The notes beneath the pieces were generated by a model. It searched no databases and had not been told where the DNA came from. It saw nothing but the letters and a program-made list of their open reading frames with translations. Both the position numbers and the translations under genes were made by a program. DNA of 64,000 bases from an uncultured virus (IMG/VR IMGVR_UViG_3300043466_003414) (Duplodnaviria; Heunggongvirae; Uroviricota; Caudoviricetes): the IMG/VR virus record IMGVR_UViG_3300043466_003414. One strand, 5' to 3'. Of the stretch, positions 16,551 through 26,934 are shown piece after piece (the first letter of the stretch is position 1; every line of letters begins with the position of its first letter).

Positions 16551-18689
16551 ATGAAAACAAAAATCCTATTTTACGCCCCCCATTTAAGTACTGGTGGGAT
16601 GCCCCAATTTCTACTTAAAAGAATTGAAACTCTAAAAGATAATTACGAAATATTTGTTGTAGAAAACCAGTGCGTTTCCGACAAATATGTAGTTCAACGA
16701 AACAAAATAATCAATTTAGTAGGCGAAAAAAACTTCTTTACAACTATCGGCAAAAACCTTATCAAAGTTATTAAAGACAATAAAATTGATATTGTGCATT
16801 TGGAACATGAAGCTGAAGGTTTTGACTATGATTTGATGAAATTATTGTACGCTGACAATAGAAAATACAAAATAGTTGAAACGTGCCACAATGTAGGTTT
16901 TATTCCACAACACAAAGTTTTTTATCCAGATGCTTTTGCTTTTTGTTCTCCTTTTCATTTGGAAACTTTTGAGCATATAAAGGCAAAAAAGCAACTTATA
17001 ATGTACCCTATTGAAAAGCACAATGTTTATTCCGTTACAAAAAAGGCAAAAGCTTTGCAATTAGGTTTTAGAGAAAAAAAAGTAAATGTTTTATCAGTAG
17101 GTTTATGGTGCGAAAACAAAAACCAATCTAAAGTTTTAGAAGTAGCTAAAAATTATCCAGATTATGATTTTCATATAGTAGGAAACCAAGCCGAAAACTT
17201 TGAAAGTTATTGGAAACCATTAATGGAAAACATACCTAGTAACGTAAAAGTTTGGGGAGAAAGAGAAGATATTTCGGATTTTATGTTGGCTTCGGATATT
17301 TTTTTCTTTCCAAGCAAAAATGAATGTAACCCTATTGTACTTCGTGAAGCTATTGGTTATGGTTTGACTATCTATGCTAATAACTTATCTCAATATTGCG
17401 GTATGTTTGATGGTTTTATACAGCCAATACATTTTGAATTGAAAAAGAAACTATCTCCAAATCATCCAGATACTTCGATTCAATTTAAAAAAGACCATTT
17501 AGATTTTTACAATTCCCTTATTGAAGAAAAACCAAAAAAACAACCAAAAAATAGAAATTTCACTATTAACAACCATTTCGTTGATGGTGCTTTTTTAGAA
17601 ATTAACGGCAACTCAAAAGATAAATTTAAAGTTGAATTTTTTGATGGGGAAAATTTGTTTTACGAAAATACTATCAATTGTAATTCATGGGTAAAGCTAA
17701 ATAGAAAATACTATACCAATTACAAAATAAAAGTTTCACAAATTAAAAAATTAAAGGTTTACGACTTTGAGAACGTAATTGAAACAAAAGTCATTTTAGA
17801 TGAGCAATTATCCTTAAAAGGCAAAAAGGTTATGATTAGCTTTGAAAGTAGTTCATTGGGCGATACTTTGGCTTGGATGCCTTATTGTGATGAGTTCCAA
17901 AAGAAACACGATTGCGTTTTATTCGTTTCTACCTTTAAAAACTTTTTATTCGAGGGTCAATACCCTAACATTAATTTTATTAAGCCTGCTGAAGTAGTTA
18001 CTAATTTGTACGCTAAATACGATTTAGGTTGGTTTTACGATACCAATAAAGAACCAGTTTTACCAAACACAATACCATTACAACAAACCGCTACAAACAT
18101 ATTAGGATTAGATTTTTCGGAAATAAAACCAAAATTAAATTTTGAGCCGAAAAAAGGTAATAAAGATAGTGTTCCTGCAAAATATGTTTGTATAGCACCA
18201 GATTCAACTGCTGGTTGTAAGGAGTGGGATGCTGTAAATTGGGAAATTTTAGTAGATATGTTGGTTGACGAGGGTTATCAAGTCGTAAATGTATCTTTAA
18301 ATTCAAGATACAAACTTAAAAATGTTTATTGCCCAGAAAACTTATCGCTAGAAAGCACTATGCAAATAATACATTTTGCTAAATTCTTTATTGGTTTGTC
18401 AAGCGGTTTATCATGGTTAGCTTGGTCTTTAAATAAGCACGTTTATATGATTGCTAACTTTACAAAAGCCGACCATGAATTTCAAAAAAATTGCACTAGA
18501 TTCACAAATGAAAACGTATGTAATGGTTGCTGGAATAACAAAAATTTCAAATTCGACAAAGGTAATTGGAATTGGTGTCCGATTTGGGATGGTTACGATA
18601 AGCAATTTGAGTGTCAAAAAGGAATAAACCCATTTTGGGTGCTTGAGGAAATTAAAGACAATATAAATTACAAAAGGCTACATAATTAG
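16551..18689 (+). CDS. GT4 glycosyltransferase fused to an Aah/TibC-like protein O-heptosyltransferase
   Basis: N-half PHLSTGG...FPSKNECNPIVLREA (GT4); C-half SSSLGDTLAWMPY...FIGLSSGLSWLAW...CNGCWN...CP...FECQK. Confidence 0.85.
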   Translation: MKTKILFYAPHLSTGGMPQFLLKRIETLKDNYEIFVVENQCVSDKYVVQRNKIINLVGEKNFFTTIGKNLIKVIKDNKIDIVHLEHEAEGFDYDLMKLLYADNRKYKIVETCHNVGFIPQHKVFYPDAFAFCSPFHLETFEHIKAKKQLIMYPIEKHNVYSVTKKAKALQLGFREKKVNVLSVGLWCENKNQSKVLEVAKNYPDYDFHIVGNQAENFESYWKPLMENIPSNVKVWGEREDISDFMLASDIFFFPSKNECNPIVLREAIGYGLTIYANNLSQYCGMFDGFIQPIHFELKKKLSPNHPDTSIQFKKDHLDFYNSLIEEKPKKQPKNRNFTINNHFVDGAFLEINGNSKDKFKVEFFDGENLFYENTINCNSWVKLNRKYYTNYKIKVSQIKKLKVYDFENVIETKVILDEQLSLKGKKVMISFESSSLGDTLAWMPYCDEFQKKHDCVLFVSTFKNFLFEGQYPNINFIKPAEVVTNLYAKYDLGWFYDTNKEPVLPNTIPLQQTATNILGLDFSEIKPKLNFEPKKGNKDSVPAKYVCIAPDSTAGCKEWDAVNWEILVDMLVDEGYQVVNVSLNSRYKLKNVYCPENLSLESTMQIIHFAKFFIGLSSGLSWLAWSLNKHVYMIANFTKADHEFQKNCTRFTNENVCNGCWNNKNFKFDKGNWNWCPIWDGYDKQFECQKGINPFWVLEEIKDNINYKRLHN

Positions 18690-18702
18690 TAGCCTTTTTT
18701 TT
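18672..18702. terminator. bidirectional terminator
   Basis: AAAAGGCTAC-ataatta-GTAGCCTTTT plus a T-run, between convergent genes. Confidence 0.75.
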
Positions 18703-18728
18703 ATGTAAACAAATTTGTTTATATCAAT

Positions 18729-19547
18729 TTATAAATATCCAAAATAATCATAAAACCACTTATAATGGTTTCTTATGTTCATGGATAGTTCATACCCTAG
18801 AACATCTAAATAATCGTCTGGCTTGCGTTCAAATTTTGGTCTTAACGTATGGTCGCCATAAATTCCATGAATTGTATCGTTTTCTTGAGTGTATTGCGTT
18901 ACATTTTCAAAATCGTGCTTGTCGTAGTAAGGCACTTCAAAATGCTCGTAAATACGCTTCATTTCGTTTTCTGGGTTATCCATTAAATCTTCATAACGAA
19001 CAAATAAAATGTTTTTATCTATTCCTTGTTGCATTATATCCCTTAATCGGTCTATTGCAACTCCTACTGGAACTCCACTTGCCCAAATATCAATTCTTTT
19101 ATCTAATGTAGTTCCTACTAATTGTGGTACGTTTTGGATATGGTTTTCTTTATGTGGATTTTTACGGAAGTTTTTTTCCATTGAAGCATAAATACAACGT
19201 ATATCCCTAACCATGCAAATTATTTTTGGATTAGGAAATATCATATTCAATAAACCATGATTAACTCCCCACTCTCGACTTTTATCAACAACGAAAGGCT
19301 TATCGGTCAAGCCTTTAAAAAAACCTTGCATACCGCTTCTACAAAACTCTACAAACGCATTTTCCATTTGTTTTGGGTCTTGAGATATAAACGCTTGAGA
19401 ATGGTTATAATTGTTTTTTGAAGCCATGATTAAATCTACCAAACCACTTGTAGGCGTAGAGTAAAAATCTGGATTTTGAGCAATTATGTTTTGAATTAAT
19501 GTACTACCGCTTCTGGGTAGTGAGGAATTATAAAATATTTTTTTCAT
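18729..19547 (-). CDS. PAPS-dependent sulfotransferase
   Basis: SLPRSGSTL (5'-PSB), KIICMVRD..IYAS (3'-PB), VRYEDL. Confidence 0.88.
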   Translation of the reverse strand: MKKIFYNSSLPRSGSTLIQNIIAQNPDFYSTPTSGLVDLIMASKNNYNHSQAFISQDPKQMENAFVEFCRSGMQGFFKGLTDKPFVVDKSREWGVNHGLLNMIFPNPKIICMVRDIRCIYASMEKNFRKNPHKENHIQNVPQLVGTTLDKRIDIWASGVPVGVAIDRLRDIMQQGIDKNILFVRYEDLMDNPENEMKRIYEHFEVPYYDKHDFENVTQYTQENDTIHGIYGDHTLRPKFERKPDDYLDVLGYELSMNIRNHYKWFYDYFGYL

Positions 19548-19566
19548 TATTTCTTGGTTTAAAATA

Positions 19567-19608
19567 CAAATATAAATAAAAAAGCGAGATTTGTATAAAA
19601 CCTCGCCA
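19567..19608 (-). promoter_or_regulatory. terminator (GCGAG...CTCGC) followed by a TATATTTG promoter for the sulfotransferase
   Basis: Hairpin near 19584-19606 with a minus-strand T-run; caaatata at 19567-19574. Confidence 0.55.
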
Positions 19609-19619
19609 TTTTCTAGTAT

Positions 19620-19931
19620 TTATTTTTTATCTTGTAATAAATCATAAGCCGTTCTTAACTCGGCTATTAAATCATCAATAAAAGTTACTAAATCTTGTTG
19701 GTCTTTTAATTGAAAACCATCTTTAGAAACCCATCTTATATCTTTGTAATTAAAAAAATTAACTACATGATAATTTTCTTCTGCTGTACTACCTTCTGGT
19801 TTTTTATTCCAAACCGCATTAATTAAAGGAGTTACAGTTTGCAAAGTTGTTGTTTCTACTTTTACAGAAAACTCCTTTGAGTTAATTTGTGTTTCTCCAT
19901 AACCAAATATATGAATTGTGAAATTTTCCAT
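19620..19931 (-). CDS. hypothetical protein downstream of the fibre gene (possible chaperone)
   Basis: Operonic ORF; function inferred from position only. Confidence 0.55.
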   Translation of the reverse strand: MENFTIHIFGYGETQINSKEFSVKVETTTLQTVTPLINAVWNKKPEGSTAEENYHVVNFFNYKDIRWVSKDGFQLKDQQDLVTFIDDLIAELRTAYDLLQDKK

Positions 19932-19935
19932 ATTA

Positions 19936-22900
19936 TTAATTTATTTTTTTAGGTTGTAATATTTCTACACCATTCCATCCTTTAATAGCATCTTTATCTT
20001 TTCTTGTTCCTATGATAAGAACGTTATACTCCAAATCCTCGTTAGCAAATATAATTGCTTTTGTTAAATCTGCATTTACTTCTCCATAAGCAATTCCAAA
20101 TCCTTTTTTAGGCGTTACCCAAATTTGAGTGTTTTCATTTAGGAATTTAAAATAATCTGGCAATTCAATTTCAGCAAAACCATCTACCACTTTAACAACA
20201 TATCTATAAATATTATCTCCAGCAGTAGGCGATTCAACAAACGAGTGTTGTAAGTAATGTGTTTTGTTTTTTATAGGGTCTGGGTGCTTAATTCTAAAAG
20301 TACCACTTGTTTTTGATAATGCTTGAACAAATGTTGTATCATTAGCCGATGCAGAAATGGATGAACCTATAATATGTGAGTTTGTATATCCATTTATTGT
20401 ATTATAGCTACCACCTAAAATAGAATTATAATCAGCATAACTGCTACTACTAATTATTTTATTACATCTACCGCCACCAATAAAATTAAATGAAGCATTA
20501 TTATTAGGATATGCTTTTATTATATTATAACTTCCACCAACTATTGCATTAAATCGGCTACAAGCAGAACCCGAATAATAATTAAGTATTTTGTTAGCGT
20601 TCCCTCCTAAAATAGAATTATGTCTTGTATAGTCTATATTACCAGTTTTTCCACAAATTTGGTTTGAGCAACCACCTCCAATAATATTAAGACAAGAGTA
20701 TGTCATAATATTAGAAGCACCACCACCAATAGTATTACCACTTCCATAACCGAAAACATTACCAGTACCACCACCTATTGTTCCATATTCAGCATTAGTA
20801 CCAATGGCATTATATTTACCCCCACCAATAAATGATTGAATAGCATTGATGGTATTTAATTGTCCACCGCCAATTGTTGAACAAGCTCCCAATCCTCTAT
20901 TACATAAACCACCCCCAATAAACGATAATCTACCAGCATAACAACAACTACTAACACCAGTAAAAGCACCAGTTGTTGTATTTAATGTACCACCATAAGT
21001 ATTATGACCAATACCACCGCTTATAGTTGCACCAAAAGAGCAACATTCATTTGTTGGAGATTGAATTATATTTGTGTTACCGCCACCTATTGTAGAGTAT
21101 CTTGCGTTTGTTATGTTGCAATAACCAGCTCCAATAAATGAAAATCTACTACCATCCACGTCATTACATCGACCACCTACAATGGCTGAATAAAGTGAAA
21201 ATTTAGCAATACAATTTTCTTTACCGCCTAAAATAGCAGTAAAAGATTCTCCTACACGATTATAACAACCACCCCCAACAAATGAACCTCCACTACTTGC
21301 TACATTACAAAAACCACCACCAATGAATGAATAATTACCACTACTAACATTACAACAACCGCCTACAATAGAATTTGCAATACCATTTATAGTATTAGTA
21401 CTACCGCCACCAATAAAAGAAAGTGGTTGGTTAATTCTATTACCTGCACCGCCTCCTATAATTGATTGTTGTTCACATATAATATTACCACCACCACCAA
21501 CAATAGAACTATCACTCCCATACGTTCCTGCGTTTATTATATTGCCACTACCTCCTCCTATGAAATGAGTACTTCCAAGATTGATGTAATTATTAAATCC
21601 ACTTGCTATTCCATTAGCACCACCAGAATTACTACCGCCAATAATTCTATTCGATAAACCACCACCTATTGTTGAAAAACATTGCTGATTATTATTAAGG
21701 CAACCACCACCAACTGATGAACTTTGACAAGTAGCACGATTACAATTACCACCAGCAATTGTTGAAAAATAACCAGTAGCAGTATTACATCGACCACCAC
21801 CAATAGTAGATATATTACCAGCAACACAATTTCTATAACCACCACCTATTGTTGATAATCTACCAGCATTACAACAAGTAATTGCACCAGTCAAAGCACC
21901 AGTAGTATTACTAAATGTTCCCCCAGCAGTATTATGTCCTATACCACCGCCTATTGTTACACCAAAAGAGCAACATTCGTTTGTTGGCGATTGAATAATA
22001 TTTCTTTGACCACCACTAATTGTTGAAAATCTTGAATTTGTTATGTTGCATTGACCTCCACCTACTGATGAATAACTACCCGATGCCGTATTACAAAAAC
22101 CACCGCTAATTGTAGAATTTGCACCGCATGAAGTATTAGAATAACCACCTCCCACAGTTGTTCCTTTAGCCGTTGAAATATTATCTCTACCCCCTAAAAT
22201 TGAAGAAAAAGAAATATCTGCAAAATTGTTTCTTCCACCTCCAATAAAAGAACCAACTCCACAAACAACATTGCATAAACCACTACTAACCGATGATATA
22301 CAACCACTCGCACTATTCAAATTACCACCGCTAATTGTTGAATAACAACCAGATGCAGTATTAGATTTACCACCACTAATTGTTGAATATTTATTAGATG
22401 CAACATTACAATAACCCCCACCAACAAATGAAATATAACCACAAACAGTATTATTTTTACCTCCTGCCACATTTGAGTAAGAAGAACAAGCACAATTTTG
22501 AAATCCACCACCTATCGTTGCATAAGTTCCAGTATTTATGTTCTGACCACCACCTCCAATTGTAGAAGTAATACCTGATGCTAAATTTTGATAACCACCA
22601 CTTATTATGGAATTTAAACCGCCAGAAGTGTTGTTTTTACCACTTAAAGAGCCACTATAATCTCCATTTGAAGCATTACCAACGCCAGTTCTAACTGATG
22701 AACCAACACAAGCACCTAAAATAATAACGGCACTTGAACCTACGTTTGTTCCGCTACTTCCACTAGAACCAGAAGTTCCAGTAGTTCCACTTGTTCCATT
22801 AGAACCATTAGAGCCACTTGTACCATCAATACCAGAAGTACCACTTGTTCCGTTAACACCAGAAGTTCCATTAGCACCACTTGTTCCATTAGTACCACTC

Positions 22901-24450
22901 GTTCCATTTATTCCGCTTGTACCATCAATACCAGAAGTACCATTTGTACCATTAATTCCGCTTGTACCATTAACGCCACTTGTTCCATCAGTACCGCTTG
23001 TACCATCAGCACCACTTGTTCCAGCCGAACCATTTGTTCCGCTAGTACCATTTGTACCGCTAGTACCATCAATTCCAGAAGTTCCACTAGTTCCGTTAAC
23101 TCCACTAGTTCCATTTGCACCAGAAGTTCCGCTTGTACCAGTTAAACCAGAAGTTCCGCTTGTACCATCAACACCACTAGTACCACTAGTTCCATCAACA
23201 CCAGTAGTTCCGCTAGTTCCATTTGAACCATTAGAACCGCTTGTACCACTTACACCAGAAGTACCGCTTGTACCATCGACACCAGTAGTTCCACTAGTTC
23301 CATTAGAACCATTAGAGCCACTTGTACCATTAACACCAGAAGTGCCACTTGTACCATCAATGCCAGAAGTTCCGCTTGTACCACTTACACCAGAAGTTCC
23401 AGTTGTTCCAGAAGTTCCACTAGTACTACCTACGGCAACACCAACTTGTTTTGCAACTACAATGATTGAAGGTGCTGAAGGATGAGCGTAAGGCGTTGTT
23501 TGTACTGGAACAGCAGTAATTTGAACGGATGCAGAAGTAGAAGCAAATATTACTTCTAAATAATCATTTGCGTTTAAATCTAAAATAATAGAAACAAAAG
23601 GTAGTGATTTGTTGTTGTTGCTATCTAAAGATAAAATTGAATCTGTACGGACTATATCTGTACCATTTTTTCTTAAAAATATATCAACATCAGTAGCAGT
23701 ACCGCCACTTGTTTTTTCTATTTGTAAAGAATATCCTATTTCATAAACACCAGCATAAGGAAAAGTAATTTGAGAACCACTTGCTAAAGTAATTCCATTG
23801 CTTATTTCGGTTGTATTATATGTAATTGCAGTAGGAGTATTTGCCCCAGTAACTTGTTGAGTTGTAGAATCAGAAAAACTTGCGTACCAATTGGCGATAC
23901 CAGCTCCAGAAGAACCATTTAAACCACTTGAACCACTTGAACCAGAAGTTCCAGTTGTACCAGAAGTACCATTAGACCCATTAGAGCCACTTGTACCATC
24001 TATTCCGCTTGTACCACTTGTTCCGTTTACACCAGAAGTTCCGTTTACACCAGAAGTTCCAGAAGTTCCATCAACTCCAGAAGTTCCAGAAGTTCCAGCC
24101 GAGCCAGTAGTACCACTAGTTCCATTAGTACCATTAGTACCATCAGAACCGCTTGTACCATTAGTTCCACTTGTTCCATTGACACCAGAAGTTCCAGAAG
24201 TTCCATTAACACCAGAAGTTCCGTTAACGCCAGAAGTTCCATCAGTACCGCTAGTTCCATCATTCCCACTTGTACCGCTTGTACCAGACGAGCCAGATGT
24301 TCCGCCACCTATGTAATCTTGAAGTCTTTCAATATTACCATAAATGTCTTTAATCATTGCATCGTTAGTAATGCCATCAATAAACAAAGCCAAACTATTT
24401 CCGTTTGGCGATTGAATATTGGACTTTCCAGATTTACTTACTTTTGCCAT
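19936..24450 (-). CDS. 1504-aa collagen-like fibre/spike protein
   Basis: Two Gly-X-Y (GTS/GVN/GTN) tracts flanking a C1q/BclA-C-like domain, long Cys-rich GGxxN repeats, C-terminal FRIKHP...LQHSFVESP chaperone-like domain. Confidence 0.8.
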   Translation of the reverse strand: MAKVSKSGKSNIQSPNGNSLALFIDGITNDAMIKDIYGNIERLQDYIGGGTSGSSGTSGTSGNDGTSGTDGTSGVNGTSGVNGTSGTSGVNGTSGTNGTSGSDGTNGTNGTSGTTGSAGTSGTSGVDGTSGTSGVNGTSGVNGTSGTSGIDGTSGSNGSNGTSGTTGTSGSSGSSGLNGSSGAGIANWYASFSDSTTQQVTGANTPTAITYNTTEISNGITLASGSQITFPYAGVYEIGYSLQIEKTSGGTATDVDIFLRKNGTDIVRTDSILSLDSNNNKSLPFVSIILDLNANDYLEVIFASTSASVQITAVPVQTTPYAHPSAPSIIVVAKQVGVAVGSTSGTSGTTGTSGVSGTSGTSGIDGTSGTSGVNGTSGSNGSNGTSGTTGVDGTSGTSGVSGTSGSNGSNGTSGTTGVDGTSGTSGVDGTSGTSGLTGTSGTSGANGTSGVNGTSGTSGIDGTSGTNGTSGTNGSAGTSGADGTSGTDGTSGVNGTSGINGTNGTSGIDGTSGINGTSGTNGTSGANGTSGVNGTSGTSGIDGTSGSNGSNGTSGTTGTSGSSGSSGTNVGSSAVIILGACVGSSVRTGVGNASNGDYSGSLSGKNNTSGGLNSIISGGYQNLASGITSTIGGGGQNINTGTYATIGGGFQNCACSSYSNVAGGKNNTVCGYISFVGGGYCNVASNKYSTISGGKSNTASGCYSTISGGNLNSASGCISSVSSGLCNVVCGVGSFIGGGRNNFADISFSSILGGRDNISTAKGTTVGGGYSNTSCGANSTISGGFCNTASGSYSSVGGGQCNITNSRFSTISGGQRNIIQSPTNECCSFGVTIGGGIGHNTAGGTFSNTTGALTGAITCCNAGRLSTIGGGYRNCVAGNISTIGGGRCNTATGYFSTIAGGNCNRATCQSSSVGGGCLNNNQQCFSTIGGGLSNRIIGGSNSGGANGIASGFNNYINLGSTHFIGGGSGNIINAGTYGSDSSIVGGGGNIICEQQSIIGGGAGNRINQPLSFIGGGSTNTINGIANSIVGGCCNVSSGNYSFIGGGFCNVASSGGSFVGGGCYNRVGESFTAILGGKENCIAKFSLYSAIVGGRCNDVDGSRFSFIGAGYCNITNARYSTIGGGNTNIIQSPTNECCSFGATISGGIGHNTYGGTLNTTTGAFTGVSSCCYAGRLSFIGGGLCNRGLGACSTIGGGQLNTINAIQSFIGGGKYNAIGTNAEYGTIGGGTGNVFGYGSGNTIGGGASNIMTYSCLNIIGGGCSNQICGKTGNIDYTRHNSILGGNANKILNYYSGSACSRFNAIVGGSYNIIKAYPNNNASFNFIGGGRCNKIISSSSYADYNSILGGSYNTINGYTNSHIIGSSISASANDTTFVQALSKTSGTFRIKHPDPIKNKTHYLQHSFVESPTAGDNIYRYVVKVVDGFAEIELPDYFKFLNENTQIWVTPKKGFGIAYGEVNADLTKAIIFANEDLEYNVLIIGTRKDKDAIKGWNGVEILQPKKIN

Positions 24451-24465
24451 ATTTTTTTGAATATT

Positions 24466-25017
24466 TTATGTTACAATACTCAAAACGCCTTTATTGTTCC
24501 AAACTGCACCTTTAGGCAACCCTTTGTCTGAATTAGGAATATTTGTGATTGATAAATTCTCTACGAATGTAGCATCTTCACGATTAGCTTCTATATTAGA
24601 ACCTAATAAGTGAGTATTGTTGTATTTTGTACTATTATTTGCACCACCAACTATTGTTGAATTATCCGAATCAATGTCGTTACCTCTACCACTTCCTATG
24701 AATGAATTTTTCCTAGAAATTGTATTTGCATTACCTCCAGCTACAACTGAATTATCCCCTCTTACAACATTATATTCTCCAGATAAAACGGCACTTAATT
24801 CCGCATCTATTTTATTAGTTTCGTTTGCCGAAATAAAACTGCCTTTTTCAGATTTTAAAAATACTATTTCATTGTATTTAAAAAAATCTTTTAAAGGTTG
24901 TGTATTACCTACAACATCTTTAAGCATTACTTCTTCAGTAGCAACATCAACATAAATAACCAAACTACTTCCGTTTGAAGAAACTTGACCAGCGTTTTGT
25001 TTTATAACATTTCCCAT
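24466..25017 (-). CDS. short paralog of the fibre protein
   Basis: Shares the N-terminal domain (NGxSL...MxKDxxGN), GGxxN repeats and NxHxxGS.I.A...DxTFVxxLS. Confidence 0.7.
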   Translation of the reverse strand: MGNVIKQNAGQVSSNGSSLVIYVDVATEEVMLKDVVGNTQPLKDFFKYNEIVFLKSEKGSFISANETNKIDAELSAVLSGEYNVVRGDNSVVAGGNANTISRKNSFIGSGRGNDIDSDNSTIVGGANNSTKYNNTHLLGSNIEANREDATFVENLSITNIPNSDKGLPKGAVWNNKGVLSIVT

Positions 25018-25019
25018 AA

Positions 25020-25334
25020 TTAACTAAATATTTTATCCCAATATCTTAAAAGCACACCATAAAGAATACCTACAACAGTTGCACCGCCAACTAATTTGGC
25101 TTTAAAAGACTTGTCATCTTCTATGTATTTTCTATGGTCATTAACTTGCTCTACAAGTCCTTTTTGACCATATTCTTTATTTCCAATAACTGTTTGGTTA
25201 AGCTTAACTAAAGAAATTTCCATTTCGTTTAGTTTTCCGTTCATTTTAGTCAACATATCTTTAATAAAAGTCATGTCGCTTTCTGGAACACTTATCATTG
25301 CTTCTTTTGGTTTTCTACTTCTACCTATTGTCAT
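25020..25334 (-). CDS. coiled-coil + C-terminal TM protein (XhlA/holin-like)
   Basis: VIGNKEYGQKGLV followed by a TM. Confidence 0.55.
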   Translation of the reverse strand: MTIGRSRKPKEAMISVPESDMTFIKDMLTKMNGKLNEMEISLVKLNQTVIGNKEYGQKGLVEQVNDHRKYIEDDKSFKAKLVGGATVVGILYGVLLRYWDKIFS

Positions 25335-25335
25335 T

Positions 25336-25761
25336 TTATATTCCCAATTTTTCTAAATGTTGTGCTAGCGTAACTACTTTTAATTTTGCTAAAGGTTTGT
25401 TTTCCTCTATTTTGTAAAATCCAAGACCTACGCCTTGTTTTTGGTTTTTATCTTCATATTTTAATATGAAGCAACAAACTTGGTTTACATTAGTTTCGTT
25501 TTCTTCTGCACACTCGATTAAACTTTTTTTAAGAAACGGACTTGCCAGAGCTTCGTACCCAAACATATCCAATTTCTTATCCATAATTTCTAAAAATCTA
25601 ACCTTTTCTTCCTCTACATAGTTTTTACACATAACGTAAAAAACATTTCCATTCTCATCGTTCAAAACTTTTATTTGAACTTGTAAATCGGTTAATCCGT
25701 AAATTTTTGCGTATTTTTCAATACCAGTAAACATGATTTTTTTTACAATCCCTTCTACCAT
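25336..25761 (-). CDS. hypothetical protein
   Basis: Own -7 element (caaaaata at 25790-25797). Confidence 0.65.
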   Translation of the reverse strand: MVEGIVKKIMFTGIEKYAKIYGLTDLQVQIKVLNDENGNVFYVMCKNYVEEEKVRFLEIMDKKLDMFGYEALASPFLKKSLIECAEENETNVNQVCCFILKYEDKNQKQGVGLGFYKIEENKPLAKLKVVTLAQHLEKLGI

Positions 25762-25797
25762 TTTTTTATATTATTAAAGTTTCTTGGTTCAAAAATA

Positions 25798-26361
25798 CTA
25801 TTTAATTCCGAAAAAATTGAATATTTTTGAATATTTCTGCTTTAATTTATCGTAATCTTTGCCAAAACCATATTCACTAATCAAATCGCTTGAATAAGTA
25901 AATTGTTCTTTATTGAATTGAATAGTGGAATTTACGTTCATGAAATTAATTTTCAATTGCCCTTCTACTTCAATTTTAATTGGTTTTTGCTTTAATACAT
26001 CAGATAAAAATGCTGGTAAACCTGCCTTTATGTCGTTTACGTTAATTACGCCAACACCAGTAATATCAAAAGAGCTATTTGGCTCAACTGTAACTGATTT
26101 TGTAGAAATAACATCGGCAAACTTTTTACCCTCATAATATAAATCTAAATCAAAAGAATTTATAACCAATTTAAAATTAGACTTATTGGTAATTTGAATA
26201 GTAGCACTAACTTTCACATCATTGCCATCAATTCCCAAATACTTAAAGTTTTTTATATTGTAGTCATATTTCATTGCTAAATCAACTTGATATTTGAAAT
26301 AACGATATAAGCCGTAACCAGCTAATCCTACACCTCCTATAATTAATACTTTTTTAATCAT
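25798..26361 (-). CDS. LEA_2/WHy-domain membrane-anchored protein
   Basis: N-terminal TM; IQITNKSNFKLVINSFDLDLYYEG...VEPNS. Confidence 0.7.
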   Translation of the reverse strand: MIKKVLIIGGVGLAGYGLYRYFKYQVDLAMKYDYNIKNFKYLGIDGNDVKVSATIQITNKSNFKLVINSFDLDLYYEGKKFADVISTKSVTVEPNSSFDITGVGVINVNDIKAGLPAFLSDVLKQKPIKIEVEGQLKINFMNVNSTIQFNKEQFTYSSDLISEYGFGKDYDKLKQKYSKIFNFFGIK

Positions 26362-26367
26362 TTATTT

Positions 26368-26934
26368 TTATTTTTTTGTAATTATATACAATCCAGTTAG
26401 TAAAACAACTGCTCCTAAACCAATGTAAAGATATTGCTCTTTATAATTTGCTGGCAAAACATTTTGTTCTTGAATTGCAGACTGTTTTGTTATAATTTTA
26501 GCACTTTCTTCTAAACGTTTTTTCTCTATTGCATTTCTACAATCTAAATCTACAAATTTATTTTCTAAAGTTTTTATAACGTTTTGCAATAGATTATCTC
26601 CTAGATATTTACCATAATAATCATTTACATTTGTGTTTTTTTTATAAAAGTCTGATGCTTTTGTATTCATATAATTTTTGAATGAAGCAAGACTTTCTTT
26701 TATGAATAAAGGTTGATTTGGCAAAGTCATTTTATAACCATTTAGCTTTTCAGCTTTTAAATAAGCTAAAGAATCCTTTGCTTCTTTTAAAGCCACATCT
26801 AAAGAGATACAATCTTTTAAATTGAATTTATTGTAAGTAAAATCTCTGATAAAAACATATCTTGGGTCATCTCCTCCAACTGGGATTTGAAGTCCAAAAA
26901 TATTATCAAAACCTAAATCTAATCCTAAAGCCAT
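26368..26934 (-). CDS. C-terminally anchored membrane protein (paralog of 28138..28836)
   Basis: Ends QEQNVLPANYKEQYLYIGLGAVVLLTGLYIITKK. Confidence 0.7.
   Translation of the reverse strand: MALGLDLGFDNIFGLQIPVGGDDPRYVFIRDFTYNKFNLKDCISLDVALKEAKDSLAYLKAEKLNGYKMTLPNQPLFIKESLASFKNYMNTKASDFYKKNTNVNDYYGKYLGDNLLQNVIKTLENKFVDLDCRNAIEKKRLEESAKIITKQSAIQEQNVLPANYKEQYLYIGLGAVVLLTGLYIITKK

Noticed and set aside
22750..24310. Satellite repeats and the alternative-frame ORFs 22908..23120, 23891..24316 and 24045..24308
   Set aside because: Shadows of the Gly-X-Y coding tracts of the fibre gene
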